A DNA stretch of 64,000 nucleotides, taken from NCBI GenBank assembly GCA_002633005.1, contig NMRA01000162.1:596304-660303 (forward strand), written 5' to 3'. This DNA is from Phoronis australis (lineage: Eukaryota; Animalia; Phoronida). A model generated the notes under the pieces. It was not told where the DNA came from. It made no database searches and was given only the letters and a program-made list of their open reading frames with translations. This document shows positions 27,117 through 39,941 of the stretch, in pieces. The translations under genes and the position numbers were made by a program. Within the stretch, counting starts at the first letter, position 1. The number at the start of each line of letters is the position of its first letter.

Positions 27117-27296
27117 CCAAGCACCTTGTTTCTGCAGAACAGGTCTTCACCTCACGACCTTGACCCCAGCAGTAATTTCCTCCATAATAAGGAACTGGGT
27201 CGTCACAAGTTCGGTTACGGAAGACACTACCGGTACCAGAATCGCAACTGGCGTTACATTTGCTCCAGGTAGCCCACTCCGACCACCCACCATCAA
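27117..27296 (-). CDS. Thrombospondin type-1 (TSR) domain exon of the receptor
   Basis: 180 bp, ttacattag|..|gtaagt, phase 1-1; VDGGWSEWATWSKCNASCDSGTGSVFRNRTCDDPVPYYGGNYCWGQGREVKTCSAETRCL with WxxWxxWxxC, RxRxC and six Cys. Largely missed by the ORF track. Confidence 0.95.
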
Positions 27297-27402
27297 CTAA
27301 TGTAATAAAGGATGATAAGGTTACAACTTACAACTTCACTTTGGCAGATGTCAGATTGTTTGTAAACCGTTTACCAACATTCTGACATCTGCCAAATTGT
27401 AT

Positions 27403-27520
<118 letters not shown>

Positions 27521-28054
27521 GTACTATGACAAAATGCAAGGGAATGAAACAAATCACTTGGACAAGTTGTGAGGGCGCAAATTGGCAGCTCATTTTTACA
27601 TGTGTTTGCTCAGCTGAAGCAGTTTAAAGAGCAGTTTTAAGACGCATGACACGAAAACAGTAACTAGGACTTCTGCTTTGTATAGAAGATGTTTGCCAAA
27701 GAAATGACCAGCTGTTTTTTTAATGTGCAATTTTGTAAATGAACTAGCCAAAATAAGACAGGCCCCTAAACATAGGACAAACCTCTAACCGTAGTCGGGA
27801 ATTTGAAACAATAACTTTGCATTTCCAGTTTTAATAACTCTAATGAGGCGACTTAAAAACTTGCAAAACTAGCTGTCCCTTTATAGTAATAGTGCTTCTA
27901 ACCTTACACGTATATGTTGAAATATTGCTAGGAATTCGATGGAATTGAAACTTGATATTTCGAGCACCTTGGATATTTCCGCACTAACACATCTTTACTC
28001 AACTGCGATACTTTCATAAATACGGAGTTATAAACTTATATCAAATTGCATTAC

Positions 28055-28378
28055 CCGGTCGTAAAATGGACTTAGTAGTTGAGACGTATTTACTGTTAGA
28101 CTTTGCGTTGCGCGCGCTGCACGTGACTTTCGTGTCTCTCTCCCGCACTGCATACTGCATGAAGCTTGTATAGATGCGGCCTTGGTACTCATCAGGCACC
28201 GTGTTTTGTTCAGTTTCCTTAAGTTCACCTTGTATCGACCATTCGAACTCCACTTCCCCATATACGTAATCTGTTGAACACCCAAAGGTGTAGGACTTGC
28301 CGGAGGCTAAGGACCAACCTTCGCCATCATCCACAGTGCTTGATGAAATACAATTTAGTGTAACGTTTGATGGGCCGT
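28055..28378 (-). CDS. Ig domain exon 5
   Basis: 324 bp, ttgtttcag|..|gtaatg, phase 1-1; YGPSNVTL..YTFGCSTD..FEW..VTCSARN. Confidence 0.9.
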
Positions 28379-28847
28379 CTGAAACAATATTACCAATTTC
28401 TCGGATTAATGCGCAAGTGTTGCATATGGAGTTTGTAACACCGTGCAAAATCATTTGAAGAACGATTTCCTAGTTTCTCGTGCTTCAGTATACAGTCGTC
28501 AACAGTGGTGAATTTAAGGGGCACGGGCCATGCCCTCATAAAATTCTACCAGATTCTTTTTGGCAGAGCGGTGCTACGAATGTCTGACGGACAAAATCCT
28601 GGCCAATACTCTACCCTTTCCCGGCCTCAAAATCCTCGATCCACAGTATGTGTTGATGCCGTCGTCGTGCATACAACGTCCACTTTTTCTGAAGAATCAT
28701 TTATTTAATCGATAAAACAACCTTCAAAACAAGAGCTGTATTTAAGAACTGAGTATTGCAAATCACGGACGGTGTATCTGCTTGTTAACTCATTCCATGC
28801 AAATTCTCACCAGAGGTAGGGGGATTTACTGGTTTGGTACCGCTTAA

Positions 28848-29825
28848 AGAAGAATGCCACCCCAAAACAGCCTGTTTTGTATCACTGTAGATCGAGTAGT
28901 TCCCCTCGATAACAGCAAGTCCAGTTGTTATACCTGACACATGACGGCAGACGGAGATTTTGAAATTAACCATTGACGTAATCGGTTCAGCCGTTCACAA
29001 CACTCTTGTTGGTGTCAAATTATCGCTTGAGTGCATCCTTTTTAACCGATAAATAATCAAATGTTGATGTAAAATCTATAAAAATACATCGAGTTCTTGA
29101 ACCAGCGTCTAGTTATATTTCAAAATTACGGTTTTATAGGTATTTGAACGTACGGTAGGTTCGGTAGGCCAATTTATCTTGGTTGACGGCGGGAGTTAGG
29201 GTCTGTTTGATGATAAATCCGAATCATTCTTCCGCAAAATACATACATTACAGATAGTTGTGTGTTGTACTTTTAGACTTGCATTTTTTCAGTTCAAAAC
29301 ACACATCACATTTGTTATCCAAGCTAGTCTCTCCGATCCCCGGCGACCAGGCCCGTCGCAGGCGCCGGAACCGGACATCACGAATATAAACTAGGTTAAG
29401 TTGGAAGCTACATGTAAATCTCCTGTCACGAAAAGACTATACTAGTGACCCATAGAATTAATGTGCACGTAATTATTTTGGCGGATTAGCCACGAAACTG
29501 CAAATCTATTTACTTGTTGGAGGTCGCCAAATCAACATGCCCTTTGATAGAACCGGCGTCAGGGAAAAATTTGTACACTAGCATTGATGTTGATGTTAAT
29601 AATGTATTTATATTTCTAAATAAAGATTCCAATGACATGTGACCATAGAAGTTGAGTTATTGTTTCACAACAGCTTTTTATCAGCAAATACTAAATTAGC
29701 ATGCGCTCACACGCCGGGCCTGAAACGCAGTGGTTTATTCGTTGCTTGTTTCTCAAAACATTTGCACTCACGAGTACTCTAAAGGCATCACAAATTATGT
29801 CTAATACGGCAAGCATTGTTTCTGT
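28848..29825 (+). mobile_element. Truncated copy of the 15493-22650 Kolobok family
   Basis: TTAA|agaagaatgccacccc terminus; collinear with 15493-16105 plus 21627-22045. Confidence 0.75.
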
Positions 29826-30250
29826 TTACTATCAGCATTGGTTGTTGTAACTTGAACTGGATGTACTTATGGAGAAGGTTTTCGAAAAAACAGAATTGAT
29901 TAAACGCACGACACTTTTCATTGTTCAAGTCTTTATTCCGTTACGGTCATACCTTCGGAAAAAACTCTACTCTTACCAAAACAGAGATTAAGTAACTGAC
30001 TTAGCTACATAATTAATAGGCACTCGATATTGTTAAACGTACTTGTTTCATTCTCAAGTGAAGATAAAACGAGGCAGTAATGCTACCACAGAGCATAAGC
30101 TGATGACACACACAGTGGGACACGGAGGGTGTGAAATACTGCAAAGAATGACTAATAGAGGGGGTAACAGGAAAGTCACGTAAACAAGTGTAACGTGCGG
30201 CGCGACCCTGTTTGCTGATCATTGAAAACAGGCTTCTTCAATGTAATGAA

Positions 30251-31896
30251 AGGAGAATTCCCCCACCCGATTTAACTAGTCTTTTTTACCGTCTTAATCG
30301 GTCTATATACACATTGCTACGGTAACCTTCACCTGGCCTAGAGGTGTCGCGTTAGCGTGTGAGGAAGGTGAGAAACGACGCAGCGACGTCAATGGTTTGT
30401 CTGCATAGTGAATGCCGCTATATCGCGGTTTCCTGCTTGTCCGAACTAAGAAACTGCGAAGAAATCGGGTTTATGGTGTTACCGACTTCCTCGAGAGCCC
30501 GAAATTCTTAGGAAGTGGCTTGTGGTACTGAAGAATGAAAGGTACACTGTTAATAATAAGTATGAGGTCGTGAAATATCTCCGTGTCTGTGGCCATCATT
30601 TCGTCGACAGTGATTTCTCTGCCGAATTACGGCTTACCAAAGAACTATTTATACGTTCCGTTGCCTGAGCATGTTCACGGCGTCTCTCTAGTATTTTTGA
30701 TCAGTGTATTTCGGTTCGAACTGATACCTGTGAAACCGCACCAATCCAATCCGTGAAGTGTTCGTCGGATGAGCTCTTGACTATCTAAGTCGGAATTGGC
30801 GCCGGGCAAGTTGCCATGTAGACGTTTGTTATTCTACGTTTTTTTCAAAATGAATTCTTCTCATCCTAACCAATGCTTATATAAAACTGAAACAAAATCT
30901 GTCTCATTATATACACTTTGTAATGCCTTTTCAATATTTGTGAGAGCAAATGTTGAGAAGCTAGTAATGAATACACCCCTGCGTTACGGGCTTTTGATGC
31001 CGGCAATGACCGGGCACTGAGGCCGTGTGAGCGCATGCTAATTCAGTGTTTGCTGACAGAAAGTTGTTGTGAAACAATTACTCGATTTTATATCTACGGT
31101 CACATATTAGGGGAATATTGATTCAGAAATACAAATACATTATTCAAATCATTGTTACTGTACAACCTTTGCCCTGAGGCTCTGTGGAAGGGGAACCCGG
31201 CTTTGCGGCCCCCGACAACTAGTAAGTAGATTTTCAGTTTTGTGGCTAATTCCCACTATTTCTTTGGCTCACTATGATAGTCTTTTCCAGAATGCCGGTT
31301 TAGTTTCCAAATCAAGCTGGTTTATGTTCGTGCCAGTCCCGGCGGCCGCGACGGGCCTGATAACACGCGTTTCGTGCGTTTAGAACTCAAGAATTATAAG
31401 TCTAAACAACACAGTTCTAGATTCTCCTGCCTGTATTTCACGGAAGAATTCTTCGAATTTATCTCCGAATAGACCCCAAGCTCCTGCTATGGACCTTGGT
31501 AAATTGGCTTGCCGAACTTTGTAGGCTACGGTGTGTCCATCTAAAAATATATCCGTAACAGCGAAGTAAAGCAACATGTTTTATAAGAACTCGGTGTATT
31601 TTTATGGGTTTTACATTGAATTTCGACTATTTATTGATGTTACACGATGGATTCAAGCGATAACCTGACACCAGTAACCCGTGTTGTGAACTACTGAGCA
31701 GACTGAGTGTGAAACCAATTACGTCAGTGGATAATTTCAACAGCTCCGTCCCCTCAAAGCCAAGTTTTGACATACACAACCGCTGCCAACCTCAGAGTGT
31801 TGTTACCCAGTCAAGTACATACAGTGATCACTAGGGGAAATATTGTATTTTGCAAAGTAATTACACTCTTGGGTATCTTCCCGGGATGTCGGCTTT
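30251..31896 (-). mobile_element. Third copy of the same Kolobok family in opposite orientation, with THAP remnant
   Basis: aggagaattcccccacccgattta matches the reverse complement of the 22630-22650 end; plus-strand YRLPREPEILRKWLVVLKN..YLRVCGHHFVDSDF at ~30480-30620. Confidence 0.75.
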
Positions 31897-32017
31897 TTAA
31901 ATGTACATGTAGCTTAAATGCTGATGCACACACCGCAGATCGCATCCGTGGAATTTAACATAAAGTTAACCACTCGTCCATAGCAAATATGCCATCACAC
32001 TATACCCCTGTACTTAC

Positions 32018-32356
32018 ATAAAACTTCAAGCTTTAAATTCACTTCAACTTTGTGCCACCGAGCGAATGTATTCACCGCTTGGAATTTCAAAGTCAAGCCC
32101 TGATGCCGTACCTCTGGAGTGTATGTTAATTCTCTCGATATAATATACGACGGGTGTAGCTGACTTCGCTGCCTTTTTGTTACAGAAACGTTTCCACCAG
32201 GTGCGTCAACGCAAATCGAGGCGTTTGGGTACACGTAGTCTGTGTAAACGATCAATTCGTGAACCTTTCCGTAAACAACAATGTATTTGCCAGAGAACAA
32301 GCCACGCCATTGTAACTTGCCGACTGTTGATTGAACAGATAACGTCGTTGGGCCAT
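32018..32356 (-). CDS. Ig domain exon 4 (atypical: lacks canonical Cys-Trp-Cys)
   Basis: 339 bp, ttcaaccacag|..|gtaagt, phase 1-1; YGPTTLSV..HELIVYTDYVYPNASICV..ISRELTYTP..HQGLTLKFQAVN..LEVL. Confidence 0.85.
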
Positions 32357-34456
32357 CTGTGGTTGAAAAAGATGTTAATATATACAACATGGACACCACT
32401 TTATTAAATCTGATAAAATATGTGTGTAACTATTTGGGAGCAACTCGCTTGTCAGAAAGTGCCCTAGTCACCAGGCTCACTGGCTTAAACGTCTACTTAT
32501 CAGGCGGAACTAAGCTTTCCTGGGACACAATTTTGTCGGCATTCAGCGATACTCACAAGTGCGTCAAATAGATGACTGCAATTCCTTCGTTATTCTTGGC
32601 TTGCCGGTCGACCGGCAAAGAAATTTGGAAGTGGTCGCTGGCAAGCAATCAATTCTCCGCCGGAGCAGATAATCAAGTGCACCCAAGGACAACGAAGAAA
32701 TGACAAGGCGTCAATTACAGTGGTAATTTTCGTTTTCAAATTGAAATTAGTGATATTCTGCTTAAGTTCACGTGCATCACCCATGATTTTCCAATTTTTT
32801 GCAACTTGATTGAGACATCAATCGCGATCAAAAATGATTTAATACTTTCTTTGACGGGTAAAGCCTCTGGTGTGGGCTTAATCACCAAGTAGGCTGTCTC
32901 TCGTGCGCAAACGTAGCAATAATTATAAAAAAAACGTGTCTGGATTTTTTGGGCTCATGCAGTGACGTGGGAAATGGAAGAATTGTGTTGGGACAATGGG
33001 TCGTCGGAACCATGAGCTGTCGGAATATTGGCAACACGTTGCCCATCGCTTGGCCATTTAAGGGCTAAAATACTTTCCATCACTTCCACTAAGAATTTCG
33101 TCCCGAGGACATATACTTTAAACGAGCGGTAGGCGAAATCATCTCACGTTTGGAGAGTTTTCGACTCCTCAAAAATACATTCTAGACTTTGACTTAAAAA
33201 GCGTTTACTTTCTTCGGTGGTCCTTTCTACTTCTGCGCATATCTTCGATGAATTATATCAACGAGAATTAATTAACTTTTGCGAAGAATTCCAACTTCTG
33301 GTCACTGTTAACTTTTTCACCACGCGCGCGATAACCACAAATTATTTCAACCTCGTCGGGTGAGTTACATGTTGGAAAAGGCTGGCGCGTGACACTTGCA
33401 AGATAGCATGGGAAGGTATCAGGTGAAATTCGTAAGATTTGTGTCCCTTGGACTTTTTATTCGACAACATGCGTGATTTCACGTAGTTTTCTCAAAATGG
33501 CACCCGGTTAGAGCAAGCCGAGACAGATTTTAGTGGATGTGTATGTTCAAGTTATGCTGACTAAATTCTATCCAGGGTCATGATGTGTATTAATTATATC
33601 TCCATTTTCTTATATGTATGGTTCATTTGATTTGATTTGCTGTATTTTGAAATGAATAACTTTTTACTTGGATGGACTAGATATCGCAACTCCCTGTTAG
33701 GTATGTAATTGTATATGTAATTGACTAGTCGAAATACTGATTTTCGGGCAATTTAGCTGTAACCACTCAAAGTATATTCACTGAAGCCCGAGTTTTGTAC
33801 GCTCAGGAACCTGAAAACGTTCTGAAGTATGCAAGTTGGAGGAGGGCTGTTGATGGTACTTGGTGCGCATGCACATGGCGTCTGAGAACCAGAGTATTGC
33901 GCGTCATTAAAAGTTAAAATTTTTAGGAAATAAAACTTAGTCCAAAATCATATCAAATCTGCGAACATTTGGATTACTACCACGTAACCTGTTTTTATTG
34001 GCCAAACTTCGGCTAATGATTGCAGCTGAAATTCCTTGTATAACGTTATCCCAAGGAAAAATCGATTATCATTACTCACTGGAAAACATGATTACAGGTC
34101 ATTAGCTATGGTGACTATTTGATTAAATAAAAATGACTTTTTTATTCGGAGACTGAAAGTCTGTGCCCTCACTGTGCCTTGACCAAATATTCCTGCCTTG
34201 GTAACAAAAAGTTTGTTTCAACATAGTGAGAACATGTTTTGGAATTCCAGTGTGCTTAGATATCAAACAACGTGAACGAAATACACGCTTATGGGCTAAG
34301 AACACTTCTAAACCATTATATCATTGTTTTACCTATTGTTTGTCTATGGTTTATGGGCTAACGATTTACCTCTCTTGAGTAGTTGATTACTAGCAAAACA
34401 AACAGGAGCACATATCGCACATGCTAGTGTGACCATTCTGGTAACAAAAACCTTAC

Positions 34457-34801
34457 ACGGGTTCCTTAACTTCAAAAGTCTCTGTCTGTATTGGGACGCA
34501 TCGATGTCGTTACTAGAGTAACAGGTAAATGGATAAATCTGACCCTGGAATGATGAAGCCAACGTTATGTTACGACTAAACATGAGGCTTTCTCCACCCG
34601 AACGCTGATAACTGGTTGCAATACTTTGGACGTAGTTGACTTCCGACACTGTATTCCAAGCGATGGTTGCTCCCGGCTTCACGCTGTCCGTTAGGCATGT
34701 GAATGTGTAATTAAGTCTGGGCAAGAGAACGACCTCGTCGAAACCGGCTTCAAACTCGTAGCGACCTCCATCAACATTGAAAGTTAAACTGGAAGGCCCA
34801 C
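34457..34801 (-). CDS. Ig domain exon 3
   Basis: 345 bp, ctttttag|..|gtaagg, phase 1-1; GPSSLTFNVDGGRYEF..YTFTCLTDSVKPGATIAW..FTCYSSN. Confidence 0.92.
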
Positions 34802-36582
34802 CTAAAAAGTGTGTTACGAATGCAATTTGGAAGGTACATTACCTAAGAAAGTGGTGATCTCTCCATGAGCTAGATTTGTCATCGATGATCTATAAGGTAC
34901 ATGTAGTTCAAAAAATAAACCAGAAATACTTCTAAAAATACAGATCCTTCCAATTGTGGAGAAGTGTTGCCAGATGTTTCTGGGATGTTTAGTGAGATTG
35001 TATCCCACTTCGTCTGTTTTTTTCTATCAAGATTCAAACGGTCGTTGGACGCCATTAATAATAATGTAATAATAATAATAATAACAAACTCTATTTAAAG
35101 AGGATAAAATACAATAATTGTAAAACATGCTTTAGCCAAACGCTATTATCCACCATGGTCCTCTGCATTGCCATTGCTCCATAGATGTATAGTCTCACTA
35201 AGAATTGGTGCAATTTCTTAAAAGACCGAGGATACGCAAAGGCTCATGATTTGTCGAGATTTACGTTTTTGCCACCTTTGATACGGAATCCAAGTCATAT
35301 TGAAGTGATATTTGCAACCGGTTTTGTCCGTTGAAAACACCTGCATTTTGGATTCACTCAAACGCATGCTACTACGTTTTTTGCCTTACGGTAACACAAC
35401 ATGTATATATACGTATACATATTCATAAACATATACCTATGCATACACACAACTATATATATACAGAATTGAATGAACACACGACACTTTTCATTGCTGA
35501 CAGGCTTTATTCCGTTTTGTTTATATCTTCGGAATGAAACTCTCCTCTCAACGGAACATAGATGAACTAACTGACCTAGCGACATAATAAAAAGGTACAC
35601 GATATTTCGAATCATACATGATTCTTTCGCTAGGTCAGTTACTTTCATGTATGTTCAGTTGAGAGTAGAGTTTTATTCGAAGATATGAACGAAACGAAAT
35701 AAAGACTGCCAACAATGAAAAGTGTCGTGTGTTCAATCATATCTGTATATCCGCAAACTTGCTCCAGAAGTACAGCCACCTCTATATACATATATGTACA
35801 TGTATCCATGTGTATACATGTATTGAAAAATACATGTAGCCTAGGTATGCATGTTTGTATAATGTTTTTTAAAAATGCAAATGTGTATCAATACACTCAT
35901 ACATATAGAACGCAGTATATGTAGGAGGACACAGTTTACGAAATTGAGTTGAGAAGCGCTTTGAATTTTTAGTATTCCCCCTATTCAAAATTTGAAAAAT
36001 AACCACAAACAGTATTTTTGAGACTGAAAATCCATGCAAAATATTTCCCTGGTGTACTTAGATTAAAAGTCATGGCGACCTTTCATTTTATCGTAACACA
36101 GGGAAGCACATTTGTCGGACATCTTGGATTCTAAAAAGCCAAGCCAGTGCCAATTGGCCACTCGATTTCTTCATAATTGGGACATCTCTAGGCTATGGAG
36201 ACCACCAATGTAAGCTTCAGTGGATATTCTACCGGCCTGTACTGTAGGTAAGCGTAAGTTTGAATTTCCTATGTTTACCAAAGTCTATTTTCGCGAAAAA
36301 TAGGGGTAGGCAGCGTGAAAATATGGCAAACAAAAGCCCGATATTCATCCACAACAATCGTCAACTGTCACGAAAATGTTTCCCGTTTTGGTTCAGTACT
36401 TAGAATCCCAGGTCCGGCTTTTTGACAAGTTAGTGTTGAGCTTGCCGTGAACTGTGTATCTGGCTAAATTCCTGACCTAAGTACCCCTGTACGTGTTTCG
36501 TAATTCTCATCAGGCATAACGTTTGAGGAAAGGCAGTGTCTTGTCTATGACGAACCAATAGAATATTGGCTTAGCGACTTAC

Positions 36583-36930
36583 ATCTACCAGTTAATGTCC
36601 ATGAAATCGATTTCCATGGAATTCCAGAATCCAGACTGTTACGCGCATGGCAGCTTAGTATTTGCTTAATATCTGAGTTTGTGAACGTGAAGACAATCTC
36701 TCGCCTGGACAAAACCCCATCTCCTTTTGACTGTGTCACGTGTGTCAATGCTAACTGACGAGCATCAGGAATTTGTGATGCGTTCCAAACGATTTCTGCG
36801 CGAGGCATCGAACTATCCGACTGACATTCGAAAGAGTATGGCGATTTCGGAACTAGTACGTATTCATTGTTCAAGAATAGATACGCGTATCTTCCCGAAG
36901 TTATTGTCAAGTTGACTGACGATGGTCCAA
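36583..36930 (-). CDS. Ig domain exon 2
   Basis: 348 bp, ttcttacag|..|gtaagt, phase 1-1; GPSSVNL..YSFECQSDSSMPRAEIVW..LSCHARN. Confidence 0.92.
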
Positions 36931-37743
36931 CTGTAAGAACAACGATAAGAAGATGTATACAATACATAAGGCAAACTGCTCAGAAGCACTGACTGAGTTT
37001 TAATCCTTATAGTGTAGTGTATTGATATGTAAAATAAAGTAAAAAATATTTTCGTAAATGCACATAACGCGTGTGCAAATATCGAGTCTCATTTTTGGTT
37101 AACATTTGCGGGTACAGGAAGCAACTCTAAAGTTCCATATAACTCTAGATTGCTGTGACTCGATTCTGCTGTACTTGCCGTTTGGATTCTGGATGTGTCA
37201 AAGATGCTCACTCGTCGGCAACAGTAAATAGAAACGTGTCAGTATACATTCCAATTTTGCCGCAGTTAATGTTTTCACCTCAACATCAAATGGCAATAAC
37301 TAGCTTCAAAATTTATTTGCTTATTTTCAAGCAACAAAACACCTTCTCATTGCACTATCATCAAACTTAGTGTTCCCGTGGCCTTTGTGTTGCCTTGTGA
37401 CGTATCCTAAATATGGCTCTATTTCAAGAGAAATACGAATATATTAGTCTAAAAAAACACGTAGCCACATCTATTCTTCGCAATTTTAACGCCAAACACG
37501 AAATCGTCAATTGTCAAGATCGTGCTCCTTTAATTCGGTGCAACGAATAGAATTGCCGCGTTTCGAAATTGTTCGCAATTTATTACGCAAATTCTTCGGT
37601 GTTCACAGACTACCTTTCAAGATATTTTAATGTCCACCTTCTTTGATAATATGTATAACATTTGGAAGATTAGATAGCAACGTTGTGATTTTCACGACTC
37701 CAAGAAATGAAGTTGTTGTTATGTCTACATGGTCTGAACTTAC

Positions 37744-38091
37744 ATGCACTCCGGAACTTTAAGGTTTTACTGATGTTTTTACGTTCGTCAACGGTGTTAT
37801 GGGCATAACATGTGAAAGGGACGACATTACGACGGAAGGATGCGACGAATGTGATATTCCGACAGAAAACAAAGCTTCCTGCTGTCAATCCCGTAGACCT
37901 GGTTTGATTCTTTTGGACGGAATTGACTTTGGTGGACGTTCTCCAAGTAATCCTTGCGTTTGGTTTAACGTCGTTCGTATTGCAGCTTATTGTGTACTGG
38001 ACATTGGTTTGCAATATCACTACATCATATCTACCCGGCTTGTACTCGTACTTTCCTCCCGTGATTGAAAATTTCAGTTCGGATGGACCTT
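37744..38091 (-). CDS. Ig domain exon 1
   Basis: 348 bp, tattacag|..|gtaagt, phase 1-1; EGPSELKFSITGGKYEY..YTISCNTNDVKPNARITW..FTCYAHN. Confidence 0.92.
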
Positions 38092-38231
38092 CTGTAATAT
38101 CATTTGGACTCTAGTAAGAAAAGACAAAATTAACTTGCGCTTAAAAATGCGCGCACCGATCAACGCTCATGTCTTCATGAACTCGCTATCGTAAATGGCC
38201 TTTTCTCAAGAATTAGAGAGCTTTCGTTTAC

Positions 38232-38270
38232 CTTGTAGGCAACCAGCACTCCATATGTTTAAGGACGATA
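38232..38270 (-). CDS. Candidate 39-bp micro-exon (possible second half of a leader peptide)
   Basis: tttttacgcag|TATCGTCCTTAAACATATGGAGTGCTGGTTGCCTACAAG|gtaaac; open in phase 1-1 (xSSLNIWSAGCLQ), 140 bp upstream of Ig1. Confidence 0.35.
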
Positions 38271-39941
38271 CTGCGTAAAAATCGTGTAAGCACTCAATTA
38301 TTGACTCTGCTCTTGACGTTTGTATATCTCTTTAATGCCTGAGGTCATCTTTACGAAGACGACCGGTCGTTTGCATACTTTACAGCTTTGCTTACACAAT
38401 CTGCTTGCGCAAAAAATTGCAAAAGATTTTTAATGCCCAGTCCACCTAAGTATACCATTTGGATGATATTTGGAGATCTTTCTTTAGAGAATACATGTTT
38501 AGTGCTGTGTAATTCCATTTCGTGGTGCAGTAAAAGGCACCTCTTTTTTCGATTTTTTGTGTACATTCGTTCATCATCGTTGTTATTATTTTACAGTACA
38601 TTTAAACGAGTAATATTTTTCTGATGTACATGTAATTGTATTTAATGTAAGCACCCAAATTTGCATACGTAGCATATCACCGAAACGAAGTAAAATAGCA
38701 AAATGAACCACGTGTGGGCTTACATTAGTAGAAAAATGCAACAAAATCTTCATAGTTTAAGAAGCCCTGTACGTGCTTTCTTACACGTACCCTACAAATT
38801 CCAGCTGTGCAGTAGCAGGTTAAAGCTTCATATCCGTTGCAAAGGAAAGTGGAAAACCTCGCTCATTGTAAAAGTCTATGGGTTCCTGATTTAGAAAGCG
38901 ATGTGAAACACCTGTCCATATGCCCACGAAGATGTGCGTTTGTATAGTGACGGTTAGGGTTCTACTCTAGTCACAATTTGCTCCTATGGCTGATACACAA
39001 ATTGTGCCTGAGATCTAGGTTCCCAGCAATGGAGCATCACAATGACCTCTTTGTCCATAAAACGCTCTCACATGTTCGACGGACACGCTGTCATCAATCT
39101 CCGTTTCTATGACTGATCGGAACTCGATTTTTCAAAATGGGCCGAGCGCAGCGTCAGCCGGCCATGAACTGGTCGCTTTTTCTATCGCGGGTTGCCATTG
39201 CAGTGTGCTACTCAATGACCCGTGCAATTTCTGGGCTATTTTATTTAGGGTCTATTGGAAACGCAGACACTGAGATATTGTGTCTTCGATCGCTGTTAAT
39301 TTTTAAATGCACCTTTACATAAAACTCGCCTTAGGGAATACTCATCTGTTGGTTTAGATCGCGCTTTCACTGATGACGCAACGCACTCTTATTTATATCT
39401 ACTTTCGCGTTTATTCCTTGATTGCAATTTCAGAGATTGATATAAACACACAAAAAGTATATTATCAATATTGTTGGTAACCGATTTCAAACTTTTATGG
39501 ACTTGCCTTGGTCTGAAGGGTTGAAAAAAGAGACAAAAAGATTTTGCCATTGCCGCTATGACCCTACAAGTTCTCCACGCAAAATTAACGTAATAGTTGT
39601 CCGAGCATCTTCACCTAATGTAATTCTAATGAATCTGGAGCAATACAGGCGTGTAAATGCAATAATTTGATGGAAAGGCGAATGACTCTATACAGATATA
39701 GACCCAGGGCTGCCTCTAGTTGCAACAACTGCTGCGATGAAACGCCACATAAAAACACTATACCGCACCAGGAAATTCATTTTCTATAGACTTTTGTTTT
39801 GTTAAAGAGCAAACGTTCTCGAAGAAGTCGAAAAACTACGAAGGAATTGGCACACGAAGGGAGCGAAGAAATTGATAGAGGATTCAGGTTTGCAGCTTCG
39901 TGAATTTAAGTTCTCAGACTCGTGATAGTTCAGTAGATTTC

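Noticed and set aside
27013-27300. Plus-strand 95-aa ORF
   Set aside because: Antisense shadow of the TSP1 exon.
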